Below, in pieces: positions 38,741 through 48,603 of a stretch of 64,000 bases of DNA. The position numbers and the translations under genes were made by a program. The notes beneath the pieces were generated by a model. That model worked only from the letters and a program-made list of their open reading frames with translations. It did no database searches and was not told where the DNA came from. The DNA is taken from assembly GCA_028122735.1 (NCBI GenBank), contig JAOHSR010000002.1, forward strand, positions 16,760 to 80,759, in the 5' to 3' direction. Source of the DNA: Flavobacteriales bacterium (GTDB taxonomy: Bacteria; Bacteroidota; Bacteroidia; Flavobacteriales; BACL11). How positions within the stretch are numbered: position 1 is the stretch's first letter; every line of letters begins with the position of its first letter.

Positions 38741-38776
38741 AAATAGCCCTGCTTTTTAGTAGGGCTATTTTATTTT
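38741..38776 (+). terminator. intrinsic terminator
   Basis: AAATAGCCCTGCT-tttt-AGTAGGGCTATTT, a stem of about 13 bp including one G.U and a 4-nt loop, followed by TATTTT. Confidence 0.7.
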
Positions 38777-38816
38777 AAAATTTTACTACCTTTAACTCAT
38801 ATTTAAATAAAACATC

Positions 38817-39026
38817 ATGGAAAAATTATATAATTTTATTCTTGAAACATTAAACAAAGCAATTAAACTATCGCTTACTTTTTTATGTTTAGGAGTAATT
38901 ATACAATTACTAATTAATGATGAATTATTAAATTGGGATCCTGTTGGCAATATCCAAGACGCAGGAGCTTCTTTTATTGGGGTAATTGCTCTTGTTGTAC
39001 TCTACCTACTTTTTAATAAAAAATAA
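38817..39026 (+). CDS. small 2-TM membrane protein, possible paralog of 38490-38717
   Basis: 69 aa with the same architecture. The first 33 residues align without gaps to the upstream protein (8 identities plus many conservative pairs). Near-consensus -7 box TACCTTTA at 38787-38794. Confidence 0.5.
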   Translation: MEKLYNFILETLNKAIKLSLTFLCLGVIIQLLINDELLNWDPVGNIQDAGASFIGVIALVVLYLLFNKK

Positions 39027-39030
39027 AAAG

Positions 39031-41802
39031 TTAGTGAGCCTCTAGCCAATTCGCTCCAAAACCTACATCTACCACTAAAGGAACGTCAAGCTGACAAGCT
39101 TCACTCATTGATTTAATTACAACTTTTTTTAGCATTTCTAACTCCTCAGGAATAACGTCAAAAATTAATTCATCATGAATTTGAAGAAGCATTTTGGAAT
39201 TTAATTCCATTTCTTTTAACTTTTTATCAATATCTATCATTGCAATTTTGATAATATCAGCAGCAGCCCCCTGTATCGGAGCATTAATAGCATTTCTTTC
39301 TGCACCAGATCTCATAACAGCATTTCTTGAATTAATATCCTTTAAATAACGTCTTCTGCCAAAAATAGTTTCAACATATTCTTGTTCTCTAGCTTTTTTT
39401 ATAGATAGATCCATATATTCTTTTACACCAGGAAATTCCTCAAAATATTGATCAATAATTTGCTTAGCCTCTTTTCTACTAACACTAATATTTTGGGATA
39501 ATCCAAATGCTGATATACCATAAATAATACCAAAATTAACCGACTTTGCAGCGCTTCTCATAGATCTAGTAACATCCTCTAATGCAACATTATAGACTTT
39601 TGCAGCTGTAGCAGAATGAATATCTATGTTTTGATTAAAAGCCTCAAGCATACTTTTGTCCTTGCTTAATGAAGCCATTATTCTGAGTTCTATCTGAGAA
39701 TAGTCTGCAGCAAGTAAAATACAATTTTCCCTAGAAATAAAAGCCTCTCTTATTTTCATTCCTCTATCTGTACGGATTGGAATGTTTTGTAAGTTTGGTC
39801 TTACAGAGCTTAATCTTCCAGTAGCGGCAACGGATTGATTAAATGTTGTATGAATTCGATTAGTTTTTGGGTTAACAATTATTGGCAAGGCATTTACGTA
39901 GGTAGATAATAGTTTTTTAATTTCACGATAATCAAGAATGTGTTCTATCACCTTATGCTTTCCACGAATTTTTTGCAAAGTTTCTTCAGATGTAGAATAT
40001 TGCCCAGATTTTGTTTTTTTGGGCTTTTTTACAAGCTCCATCTCTTCAAAAAGAACTTCCCCTAACTGCTTTGGAGAAGAAATATTAAACTTTGAGCCTG
40101 ATAGTTTGAAAATTTCATTAGAAGTTTTAGTTAATATTTTTTCTAAATCGATAGAGTATTGATTCAGTAATTCTACGTTAAGATTGATTCCCTCGTTCTC
40201 CATTTTGCTTAAAACTTTTAACAATGGCATTTCAATTTCATTAAACAAATTATATGAATTGTCATGTTTGAGATCCGTTTTAAAAATAACATACAATTGG
40301 CAAATCACATCTAATTGTATATTATTCCTACTAGCATTTGCAATGAGACTTAAACTAGATAAGTCAAACTTGTTTTTTCCTTTAGTATGATTATCATAAT
40401 CAATTGATAAAGAGAGATACGATTCTGAAAGAACATCCAGATTATGCCTCTTATCAGGGTGTAAAATATAGTGTGCAACAGCAACATCAAAAAGCTCACC
40501 TTCTAAGAAAATATCATATTCTAAAAATAATTTAATTTGATTTTTGATATTATATCCAACTTTTAAAATGTGTTCATTTTGTATTAGTTGTTTAATTAAA
40601 TCTAAATAATTTTCTTTTAATTGGTCTATTAAAGAGACGTATAAAATATTATCAGAACTTGTTTTTAAAGAAAACCCTATTATTTTTTCTTGGTCAGAAG
40701 ATTTGCTAATTACTGACTGAAAAAACAAAATATTGTTTTCAATCACATCTTCAGAAAAAATCCTTAGCTGATCAGCTGAAGAACATATCAATTGATTTTT
40801 ATTTTTTGAAGAAATGTTAATATTTTTTAGCTTTTTTTGCTGGGGCAAAAACATGTCAATTTGAGTAGTAGAAACTGTACCCTTATCAAATTCTTCTTGC
40901 TTTTTTACTTCCTCTAAAACAATATCCTCTCTAAAAAGTCTAGAGGCTACATTTCTAAACTCTAACTCTTCAAAAAAAGAAACAACTCCTTGCTTATCAG
41001 AAATATCTAACCTCATTTTTTCTTCATTAAAATCAATGGGAACATCGGTAATGATTGTTACAAGTTTTTTTGACATCATTCCTATTTCCTTTGAGGCTTT
41101 TACCTTTTCTTGTATTTTACCTTTTAATAAATCTGCATTTGCAAATAAACCCTCAATAGAATCGTATTCAGCAATAAACTTTTGTGCAGTTTTTTTTCCA
41201 ACACCACTAATTCCTGGAATATTATCTGCTGCATCTCCCATCATAGCTAAAAAATCAATTACTTGGTTAACTCTTTTAATATTAAATTTTTCCAATACCT
41301 CTTTAATACCCCAAGTCTGAGTGGGTTGCCATTTATTTCCAGGCCTATACATGTAAATGTTCTCTGAAACAAGTTGTGCGAAGTCTTTATCAGACGTCAT
41401 CATGTAAACTTTATAACCCTTTTTTTCACCCTGCTTGGCAAGAGTTCCAATTACATCGTCTGCTTCAAAACCTTCCTTATATATCTTGGGGATATTTAAA
41501 ACCTCCAGCAACTTATCAATATATGGGAGTGCTTCAGAGATACCCTCAGGCATTGCCTCTCTATGCGCCTTATAGCTGGGGAAGTCAACATGTCTTTGCG
41601 TTGGTTTGGGAGTATCAAAAACAACAGCAAGATGTGATGGTTTTTGTTTCTTTATCACTTCAATTAGCGAGTTTGTAAACCCAAATACCGCAGATGTGTC
41701 AAGCCCCTTAGAGTTTATTCTTGGATTTTTTGCGAAAGCAAAGTAAGCTCTGTAAATTAGAGCAAACGCATCTAGTAAAAAGATTTTTTTCTCACTATCC
41801 AT
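39031..41802 (-). CDS. polA: DNA polymerase I
   Basis: 923 aa from the ATG at 41802. 5' nuclease domain, degenerate 3'-5' exo domain, and pol motifs DYSQIELR, RSAAKSVNFGIIYG and QIHDELIF. Confidence 0.96.
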   Translation of the reverse strand: MDSEKKIFLLDAFALIYRAYFAFAKNPRINSKGLDTSAVFGFTNSLIEVIKKQKPSHLAVVFDTPKPTQRHVDFPSYKAHREAMPEGISEALPYIDKLLEVLNIPKIYKEGFEADDVIGTLAKQGEKKGYKVYMMTSDKDFAQLVSENIYMYRPGNKWQPTQTWGIKEVLEKFNIKRVNQVIDFLAMMGDAADNIPGISGVGKKTAQKFIAEYDSIEGLFANADLLKGKIQEKVKASKEIGMMSKKLVTIITDVPIDFNEEKMRLDISDKQGVVSFFEELEFRNVASRLFREDIVLEEVKKQEEFDKGTVSTTQIDMFLPQQKKLKNINISSKNKNQLICSSADQLRIFSEDVIENNILFFQSVISKSSDQEKIIGFSLKTSSDNILYVSLIDQLKENYLDLIKQLIQNEHILKVGYNIKNQIKLFLEYDIFLEGELFDVAVAHYILHPDKRHNLDVLSESYLSLSIDYDNHTKGKNKFDLSSLSLIANASRNNIQLDVICQLYVIFKTDLKHDNSYNLFNEIEMPLLKVLSKMENEGINLNVELLNQYSIDLEKILTKTSNEIFKLSGSKFNISSPKQLGEVLFEEMELVKKPKKTKSGQYSTSEETLQKIRGKHKVIEHILDYREIKKLLSTYVNALPIIVNPKTNRIHTTFNQSVAATGRLSSVRPNLQNIPIRTDRGMKIREAFISRENCILLAADYSQIELRIMASLSKDKSMLEAFNQNIDIHSATAAKVYNVALEDVTRSMRSAAKSVNFGIIYGISAFGLSQNISVSRKEAKQIIDQYFEEFPGVKEYMDLSIKKAREQEYVETIFGRRRYLKDINSRNAVMRSGAERNAINAPIQGAAADIIKIAMIDIDKKLKEMELNSKMLLQIHDELIFDVIPEELEMLKKVVIKSMSEACQLDVPLVVDVGFGANWLEAH

Positions 41803-41878
41803 ATCAAAGTAAAAATACAATTAATAACACACTTTAGTTTTAAAAAGTTTAATTTTATATAATAATGTTGTAGTAACA

Positions 41879-42535
41879 ATGAATAAGCAAAAAATAGAAT
41901 TATACAATATTTTAAGATACCCTTTATTATTTGTATTAATAATGTGGGGGGTTAAATTGTTAGAGGTTTATTTTGAAATCTCTTTTATAGAATATGGGGT
42001 TTTACCAAGAGATTTTTCTGGTATTAAAGGAGTGCTTTTATCACCTTTTATACACAAAGATTTTAAACATTTAATAAATAATACATTTCCTGTTATAGTG
42101 TTAGGTAGTTTGCTCTGCTATTTTTATAAAAAAAATTATAAATCAATTTTCCCTATGTTATATATAGTTTCTGGAATTCTCTTATGGGGAATTGGCAGGA
42201 CAAGTTTTCATATTGGAGCGAGTGGTATTATATACGCTTTAGCGAGCTTTATTTTTTTTAGTGGTCTTATTAGTAAAAATAAAAACTTAGCAGCTCTTTC
42301 ATTAATAGTAATCTTTGTTTATGGAAGTCTGTTCTGGGGCTTATTCCCGATACAGTTAGAAGTGTCTTGGGAAGGACACCTTTCAGGGTTTTTATCTGGT
42401 CTTATATTTGCTTGGTCCTATAGAGATGAACTTCCTAGAAGAAAAAAATATCAATGGGAAATTGATGAAGAAATAGAAGAGCGAGCACAAGAAAATTCAA
42501 TCAAAATTAATTACGAGTATAAAAAAAGTGATTAG
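41879..42535 (+). CDS. rhomboid-family intramembrane serine protease
   Basis: 218 aa, 6 TM. HIGASGIIYAL (GxSG) and a downstream His (EGHLSGFLSG). Confidence 0.85.
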   Translation: MNKQKIELYNILRYPLLFVLIMWGVKLLEVYFEISFIEYGVLPRDFSGIKGVLLSPFIHKDFKHLINNTFPVIVLGSLLCYFYKKNYKSIFPMLYIVSGILLWGIGRTSFHIGASGIIYALASFIFFSGLISKNKNLAALSLIVIFVYGSLFWGLFPIQLEVSWEGHLSGFLSGLIFAWSYRDELPRRKKYQWEIDEEIEERAQENSIKINYEYKKSD

Positions 42536-42774
42536 TTACTTTTTATAACTCCAAAATTAGATGCAAACCACACTCTTTCATGAACATAATAGAAGATCAA
42601 CTTCGCAAAACGATCTAAAATTACCAGCCAGCCAACAGAACTTTTATCAAGTGGTGCAAAACCAAAATAAGGAGGTAAGGAACTTAAAACTACATATGTT
42701 GTAGTCATTGCTAGTAAATTCCAGCTCAAAGCTTTTAATATATGACGCCTTTTGTTTATTGAAACTTTTTCCAT
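42532..42774 (-). CDS. DUF2061 membrane protein
   Basis: 80 aa. RRHILKALSWNLLAMTTTYVV and HERVW motifs, recalled as DUF2061 and not verified. Confidence 0.65.
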   Translation of the reverse strand: MEKVSINKRRHILKALSWNLLAMTTTYVVLSSLPPYFGFAPLDKSSVGWLVILDRFAKLIFYYVHERVWFASNFGVIKSN

Positions 42775-42794
42775 GAGATAATTTTTTAATAAAT

Positions 42795-42802
42795 CAAAAT
42801 TA
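42795..42802 (-). promoter_or_regulatory. -7 box TAATTTTG
   Basis: Plus strand reads CAAAATTA. 20 nt upstream of the ATG at 42774. A second match (CAAAAATA) lies at 42803-42810. Confidence 0.35.
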
Positions 42803-42850
42803 CAAAAATATAATATGAAGTATTTTTTAAATAATGTATTTTCGCCATCA

Positions 42851-44641
42851 ATGAAAAATATAAGAAACTTCTGTATTATAGCTCATATTGATCATGGGAA
42901 AAGCACTTTAGCTGATAGATTATTAGAGTTTACTGGAGCTGTTAGTCAAAGAGACTTAAAAGAGCAGCTCTTAGATGATATGGATTTAGAAAAAGAACGT
43001 GGCATTACCATTAAAAGTCATGCAATTCAAATGAATTACACTCATAACAATCAAGAGTATATTTTGAATTTAATTGATACTCCTGGCCATGTCGATTTTT
43101 CTTATGAGGTATCTAGATCTATTGCTGCTTGTGAAGGGGCCTTATTAATTGTAGATGCGGCACAAGGAATTCAAGCCCAGACTATTTCCAACCTATATCT
43201 CGCCCTTGAAAATGATTTAACAATAATTCCTATTCTTAATAAAATTGACCTTCCAAGTGCTGAACCAGAAGTTGTAAAAGACCAGATAGTAGACTTACTT
43301 GATTGTAAAGAAGAGGAAATTATTGCTGCTAGTGCTAAAACAGGAGTTGGGATTAAAAATATTTTAGAGTCGATTGTTCAAAATGTTCCTCACCCATTAG
43401 GAGATGTTAATGCTCCGCTACAGGCTATGATTTTTGATTCTGTTTATAATACTTTTAGAGGTATAGAGGCTTATTTTAAAATTATAAACGGATCTATAAA
43501 GAAGGGGGATAAGGTAAAATTCATGTCAACTGAAAAAGAATATCTTGCTGAAGAAATAGGGGCTTTAAAACTAAAACAAGAACCTCAAAAAATAATGACT
43601 ACAGGTGAAGTTGGTTATATTATTTCTGGAATAAAAGACGCAAAAGAAGTTAAGGTTGGAGACACAATAACATCGGTAAATAATCCTGCAGATGAAGCGA
43701 TTACTGGCTTTGAAGAGGTAAAACCTATGGTTTTTGCTGGTATATATCCTGTAGATACTGAAGACTTTGAAGAATTGCGCAACTCTATGGAAAAATTACA
43801 ACTCAATGATGCTTCGCTAACATATGAAGCAGAGTCTTCGGTAGCATTAGGTTTTGGTTTTAGATGTGGTTTTCTAGGCATGCTTCACATGGAAATTATA
43901 CAAGAGCGATTAGAAAGAGAGTTTGAAATGACAGTAATTACAACAGTTCCCAATGTGTCATACTTTGCGTATACAGGCAAAAAGGAGAAGCTAATTATTC
44001 ATAATCCAAGTGATTATCCGGATCCAAGCATATTAGAGTATGTTGAGGAGCCGTATATTAAAGCTCAGATTATAACAAAATCTGATTTTATTGGGCAGGT
44101 AATGAATTTATGTATTGCCAAAAGAGGAGAATTAAAAAATCAGGTTTACCTTACAACAGATCGAGTAGAAATAACATTTGAAATGCCTCTGGGTGAGATT
44201 GTTTTTGATTTCTACGATAAATTAAAATCGGTTTCAAAAGGTTACGCCTCATTTGATTACTATCCAATAGGATACAGAGTCTCAAAACTTGCCAAACTTG
44301 ATATTCTTTTAAACGGTTCACCTGTAGATGCACTTTCTGCACTAGTGCATAAAGACAACTCATATACCCTTGGTAAAAAATTATGTGCAAAACTTAAAGA
44401 ATTAATACCAAGACAACAGTTTGATATTGCAATACAATCTGCAATTGGATCAAAAATTATTTCCAGAGAAACAGTTAAGGCTGTAAGAAAAGATGTGACT
44501 GCAAGATGCTATGGTGGTGACATAACACGTAAACGTAAGCTTCTGGAAAAGCAGAAAAAAGGTAAAAAAAGAATGAGACAAGTAGGAAATGTTGAGATTC
44601 CTCAAAAAGCATTTTTATCTGTTTTGCAGTTAGATGATTAA
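42851..44641 (+). CDS. lepA: translation elongation factor 4 (LepA)
   Basis: 596 aa from the ATG at 42851 ([20 protein letters not shown]). G-motifs DTPGH and NKID, plus a LepA C-terminal domain. Confidence 0.97.
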   Translation: MKNIRNFCIIAHIDHGKSTLADRLLEFTGAVSQRDLKEQLLDDMDLEKERGITIKSHAIQMNYTHNNQEYILNLIDTPGHVDFSYEVSRSIAACEGALLIVDAAQGIQAQTISNLYLALENDLTIIPILNKIDLPSAEPEVVKDQIVDLLDCKEEEIIAASAKTGVGIKNILESIVQNVPHPLGDVNAPLQAMIFDSVYNTFRGIEAYFKIINGSIKKGDKVKFMSTEKEYLAEEIGALKLKQEPQKIMTTGEVGYIISGIKDAKEVKVGDTITSVNNPADEAITGFEEVKPMVFAGIYPVDTEDFEELRNSMEKLQLNDASLTYEAESSVALGFGFRCGFLGMLHMEIIQERLEREFEMTVITTVPNVSYFAYTGKKEKLIIHNPSDYPDPSILEYVEEPYIKAQIITKSDFIGQVMNLCIAKRGELKNQVYLTTDRVEITFEMPLGEIVFDFYDKLKSVSKGYASFDYYPIGYRVSKLAKLDILLNGSPVDALSALVHKDNSYTLGKKLCAKLKELIPRQQFDIAIQSAIGSKIISRETVKAVRKDVTARCYGGDITRKRKLLEKQKKGKKRMRQVGNVEIPQKAFLSVLQLDD

Positions 44642-44664
44642 AATATTATTTTTATAAAAGATAA

Positions 44665-45411
44665 ATGGGAAGAGCATTCGAATTTAGAAAAGCAAGAAAA
44701 ATGAAGCGCTGGTCCAAAATGGCCAAAACTTTCACTAGAATTGGAAAAGATATTGTTATTGCGGTAAAAGAAGGTGGTGCTAGTCCAGAAACAAATTCGC
44801 GGCTAAGACAAGTCATGCAAAATGCTAAGGCAGCAAATATGCCAAAAGACAATGTTTTAAGAGCAATAAAAAAAGCAAGTAGTAAAGACACTGCAAATTA
44901 TGAGGAGATTACCTTGGAAGGATATGCTGTAAATGGAATTGCTGTATTTGTAGATTGTGCAACAAATAATAATAATCGCACAGTAGCAGATGTAAGATCA
45001 TATTTTAGCAAGTGTGATGGCGCTCTTGGGACAAATGGTTCTCTTGAATTTATATTTAACAGAAAGGGAGTTTTTACAATTGCAAAAGAAAATGTCAATA
45101 CATCTTTAGACGATTTAGAAATGGAATTAATTGACGGTGGATTAGAGGAATTAGAAATAGATGAGGAAGCAATAACCGTTTATTGTAACTTCACAGACTT
45201 TAGCAATATGCAAAAAAAAATAGAAGATCTTGGTATTGAAATTCAAAACTCAGAACTTCAACGCATACCAATAACTACAAAAACAATTTCTGCATCGGAA
45301 GCGGAAAAAGTTATAAAATTACTTGACTTGTTAGAGGAGAATGATGATGTCCAGCAAGTTTTTCACAATATGGTTTTGACCGAAGAAATACTCGGGGCAA
45401 TGGAAAATTAA
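44665..45411 (+). CDS. YebC/PmpR-family DNA-binding transcriptional regulator
   Basis: 248 aa with MGRAFEFRKARKMKRW and the typical YebC layout. Confidence 0.93.
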   Translation: MGRAFEFRKARKMKRWSKMAKTFTRIGKDIVIAVKEGGASPETNSRLRQVMQNAKAANMPKDNVLRAIKKASSKDTANYEEITLEGYAVNGIAVFVDCATNNNNRTVADVRSYFSKCDGALGTNGSLEFIFNRKGVFTIAKENVNTSLDDLEMELIDGGLEELEIDEEAITVYCNFTDFSNMQKKIEDLGIEIQNSELQRIPITTKTISASEAEKVIKLLDLLEENDDVQQVFHNMVLTEEILGAMEN

Positions 45412-45421
45412 AAATTAAGAA

Positions 45422-46693
45422 ATGAACGTATTAATTCTTGGAAGTGGTGGTAGAGAGCATGCATTAGCTTGGAAAATTTCACAAAGCAGTTCATGCAATA
45501 AACTATTTATTGCTCCTGGAAATGCGGGGACAAATCTTGTTGGTATAAACAAAAACATTGATGTTACTGATTTTAATGAAATTAAACATTTAGTTATTGA
45601 TGAGGATGTAGAAATGGTAGTTGTAGGGCCAGAAGATCCATTAGTTAATGGAATTTATGACTTTTTCAAAAATGACAATGATTTAAATCATGTTTCAATA
45701 ATTGGGCCTTCGAAAGAAGGTGCTCAGCTAGAAGGTAGCAAAAAATTTGCTAAAGAATTTATGCAAAGACATAATATCCCAACTGCTAAATACAAATCTT
45801 TTGACAAAGATACATTGCAAGAAGGGTATGATTTTCTAGAAACCCTTTCCCCACCATATGTCCTAAAAGCCGATGGTTTGGCTGCTGGTAAAGGAGTTTT
45901 AATTATAAACTCTATTAGTGAAGCAAAATCTGAACTAAAGTCAATGCTCTTAGATTCAAAATTTGGACAAGCAAGCTCAACAGTTGTTATAGAAGAATTT
46001 CTTGATGGAATAGAACTCTCTGTTTTTGTTATTACAAATGGAGATACCTATAAAATACTTCCTACAGCAAAAGACTATAAAAGAATTGGAGAGGGAGACA
46101 CCGGCTTAAACACCGGTGGAATGGGAGCTGTTTCTCCCGTTCCTTTTGTAGATCGTTTTTTTATGGAAAAGATTGAGCAAGAAATAATTAAACCTTCAAT
46201 TGAAGGACTTAAAAAAGAAAATATTAGCTATAAAGGATTTTTATTTATTGGATTAATTAAGGTAGGCTCAGAACCTAAAGTAATAGAATATAATGTAAGA
46301 ATGGGTGATCCTGAAACTGAGGTTGTCATCCCAAGAATAAAATCAGACTTTTTAAATCTTTTAAAGGGAATTAAGGATGGTACTTTTAGTGAAAAAGATC
46401 TTAATATTAGCGAGGATGTCGCTGCAACCGTAATGTTAGTTTCTGAAGGGTATCCTCAAAAATATAATAAAGGATATGAAATTATTAACTCAGAAAATTG
46501 TGAAGGTAGTATTATCTTTCATGCCGGCACAACAAAAGATGAAGGCATTGTAAAAACAAATGGAGGGCGAGTAATTGCTGTTACTTCATTTGGCAAAACC
46601 TTAGAGGGGGCTTTGGCAAAGTCTAACAAAAATGCGGAAAAAATTAATTTTCAAGGTAAAAGTTACAGAAAAGATATTGGTTTTGATTTATAA
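45422..46693 (+). CDS. purD: phosphoribosylamine--glycine ligase
   Basis: 423 aa. VLILGSGGREHALAWK, ATP-grasp core, and GGRV near the C-terminus. Confidence 0.96.
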   Translation: MNVLILGSGGREHALAWKISQSSSCNKLFIAPGNAGTNLVGINKNIDVTDFNEIKHLVIDEDVEMVVVGPEDPLVNGIYDFFKNDNDLNHVSIIGPSKEGAQLEGSKKFAKEFMQRHNIPTAKYKSFDKDTLQEGYDFLETLSPPYVLKADGLAAGKGVLIINSISEAKSELKSMLLDSKFGQASSTVVIEEFLDGIELSVFVITNGDTYKILPTAKDYKRIGEGDTGLNTGGMGAVSPVPFVDRFFMEKIEQEIIKPSIEGLKKENISYKGFLFIGLIKVGSEPKVIEYNVRMGDPETEVVIPRIKSDFLNLLKGIKDGTFSEKDLNISEDVAATVMLVSEGYPQKYNKGYEIINSENCEGSIIFHAGTTKDEGIVKTNGGRVIAVTSFGKTLEGALAKSNKNAEKINFQGKSYRKDIGFDL

Positions 46694-46867
46694 AGATCTA
46701 TGCTCTTCTCCATTCTTTTTATGCTTAAACATAATTGCTGTCCAGGCAACTAAAAAAAGAAAAATTATTACGATATAAAGATAATTTATTGAATTACCTA
46801 TTAAGGGCATTACCTCAAAAGTTGTAGTAAAAAAATCGCCAATCGCTGTCCAAAAATTTTTCATCAT
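46688..46867 (-). CDS. 59-aa single-TM membrane protein (absent from the ORF track, below its size cutoff)
   Basis: MMKNFWTAIGDFFTTTFEVMPLIGNSINYLYIVIIFLFLVAWTAIMFKHKKNGEEHRSL*. Consensus -7 box 19 nt upstream. It fills an otherwise empty 220-nt gap. Confidence 0.5.
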   Translation of the reverse strand: MMKNFWTAIGDFFTTTFEVMPLIGNSINYLYIVIIFLFLVAWTAIMFKHKKNGEEHRSL

Positions 46868-46886
46868 AGTGAGTATATTTTGATGT

Positions 46887-46894
46887 CAAATTTA
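46887..46894 (-). promoter_or_regulatory. -7 box TAAATTTG for the 59-aa ORF
   Basis: Plus strand reads CAAATTTA. 19 nt upstream of the ATG at 46867. Confidence 0.4.
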
Positions 46895-46896
46895 TA

Positions 46897-46904
46897 TATT
46901 TTTG
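46897..46904 (+). promoter_or_regulatory. -7 box TATTTTTG
   Basis: 9 nt upstream of the ATG at 46914, back-to-back with the minus-strand box. Confidence 0.4.
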
Positions 46905-46913
46905 ATTTAATAG

Positions 46914-47849
46914 ATGCTACTTGAAACCCTAATAAATCCAAAACCCAAAACAACTGTATATTTTGCAGTTATAAGCTTTCTGTTTTTAGCAATACCATCG
47001 CTAGATAATAATCTTGTAAATTCTCACACTGAATTCCCCTATCCTTATCTTATTTTTTTTAGCTCAATCTTTATTTTACTGCTACACGCTTTTGGGTTAA
47101 ATAACTTAATATATAATAACAATATTATAAAAAAAGAAAATCTAATTATTGCTACAGTTTTTATTTCACTTAATACATTTAATATTGGAGTGTTTAAAGA
47201 TATAATTTCAAGCTTTCTACTTCTTTTCTTCGTAAATAAATTATTTGAGTCATACCAAAAAGAATACCCTTTTAACGAAATCTTTATTTGCTCACTTATT
47301 ATAAGTTTATTAGTTATTATAAATTCAATAATGGTATTATTATTACCGCTAATAGTGATTTCGGGTTTAATTTTTAATTTTTCTAACTGGAGATGTTACA
47401 TAGTTTCTTTAATTGGATTGTCAATGCCACTTTTAGTATATGTAATTATTATGAGCTTAGTTGGAGATGAAATTACTCCTTTTAAATATGTAAGCTGTCC
47501 TATATTCTCAGATAATATTGCTGATTTAATGATTTTTTACAAAGCAAATATTTGGGTAGCAAATATTTTTATAATTATAACAACTATATCGCTATTTGAA
47601 TTTTTTAATTGGCTTTATAAAAAAAGTATTCGGTCTAGAAAATCTTTTTTTATTTTGTTATCTTTTTTAATTATATCAATTGCAATTGGAATATTTGGAA
47701 ATGAAAAAAACTGGTATATTGTTTTAGCGCCAATTAGTGTTTTTATTGCAAACTATTTTACCTACACAAAAAAAAGAAATTTGGCAAACATTTTGTTTTA
47801 TGTGTTTATTTTCACTTCCTTATATTATAGATGCATGATTATTATTTAA
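46914..47849 (+). CDS. polytopic membrane protein, function unknown
   Basis: 311 aa, about 8-9 hydrophobic helices. No catalytic motif recognised. Confidence 0.6.
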   Translation: MLLETLINPKPKTTVYFAVISFLFLAIPSLDNNLVNSHTEFPYPYLIFFSSIFILLLHAFGLNNLIYNNNIIKKENLIIATVFISLNTFNIGVFKDIISSFLLLFFVNKLFESYQKEYPFNEIFICSLIISLLVIINSIMVLLLPLIVISGLIFNFSNWRCYIVSLIGLSMPLLVYVIIMSLVGDEITPFKYVSCPIFSDNIADLMIFYKANIWVANIFIIITTISLFEFFNWLYKKSIRSRKSFFILLSFLIISIAIGIFGNEKNWYIVLAPISVFIANYFTYTKKRNLANILFYVFIFTSLYYRCMIII

Positions 47850-47877
47850 TATGTAACTTTACAAATTAAAAAACCAT

Positions 47878-48576
47878 ATGAATTTCGGAGTTGTAATCTT
47901 TCCTGGATCAAATTGTGATAAAGACATTATATCATGCATAGAAAGATCTGTTAATCAGAAAGTTATTGAGTTGTGGCATAAAGATACCGACCTACAAAAT
48001 TGTGATGTTATTTTTCTACCTGGAGGGTTTTCTTTTGGTGATTATCTACGCTCTGGAGCCATTGCTAAGTTTTCTCCAATTATGGAGAAAGTTATAGAGT
48101 TTGGAAAAAATGGAGGGTATATCATTGGCATCTGTAATGGCTTTCAAATTCTCACTGAAAGTGGTCTTCTTCCAGGAGCTTTGCTTCACAACACAAGTAA
48201 TAAGTTTATATGTAAAAATATGTTTTTAAAGATCAACAACCCTAATACATTAATTACAAATAGTTATGAAAAAAATGTAATTAAAGTGCCTATTGCGCAC
48301 GGTGAAGGAAGGTTTTTTGCTGATGAAAATACAATGAAAACTCTTAAACAGAACGATCAAATTATTTTTAAATATTGTAATTCCAACGGAGAGGTTTTAG
48401 AGTCTTCAAATCCAAACGGATCATTAGATAATATTGCGGGGATTTGTAATAAAGAAAAAAATATTTTTGGAATGATGCCCCACCCAGAAAGAGCTGCAGA
48501 TGTACTACTAAGTAACACGGATGGAGTCGCTTTATTTAAAAGTATAATGAATTATATCAATTTAGAAAAAAACTAA
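47878..48576 (+). CDS. purQ: phosphoribosylformylglycinamidine synthase subunit PurQ
   Basis: 232 aa class I amidotransferase. GICNGFQIL (Cys nucleophile) and MMPHPER. Confidence 0.94.
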   Translation: MNFGVVIFPGSNCDKDIISCIERSVNQKVIELWHKDTDLQNCDVIFLPGGFSFGDYLRSGAIAKFSPIMEKVIEFGKNGGYIIGICNGFQILTESGLLPGALLHNTSNKFICKNMFLKINNPNTLITNSYEKNVIKVPIAHGEGRFFADENTMKTLKQNDQIIFKYCNSNGEVLESSNPNGSLDNIAGICNKEKNIFGMMPHPERAADVLLSNTDGVALFKSIMNYINLEKN

Positions 48577-48603
48577 ATTTGTAATAATCACATTCTCAAA
48601 AGA

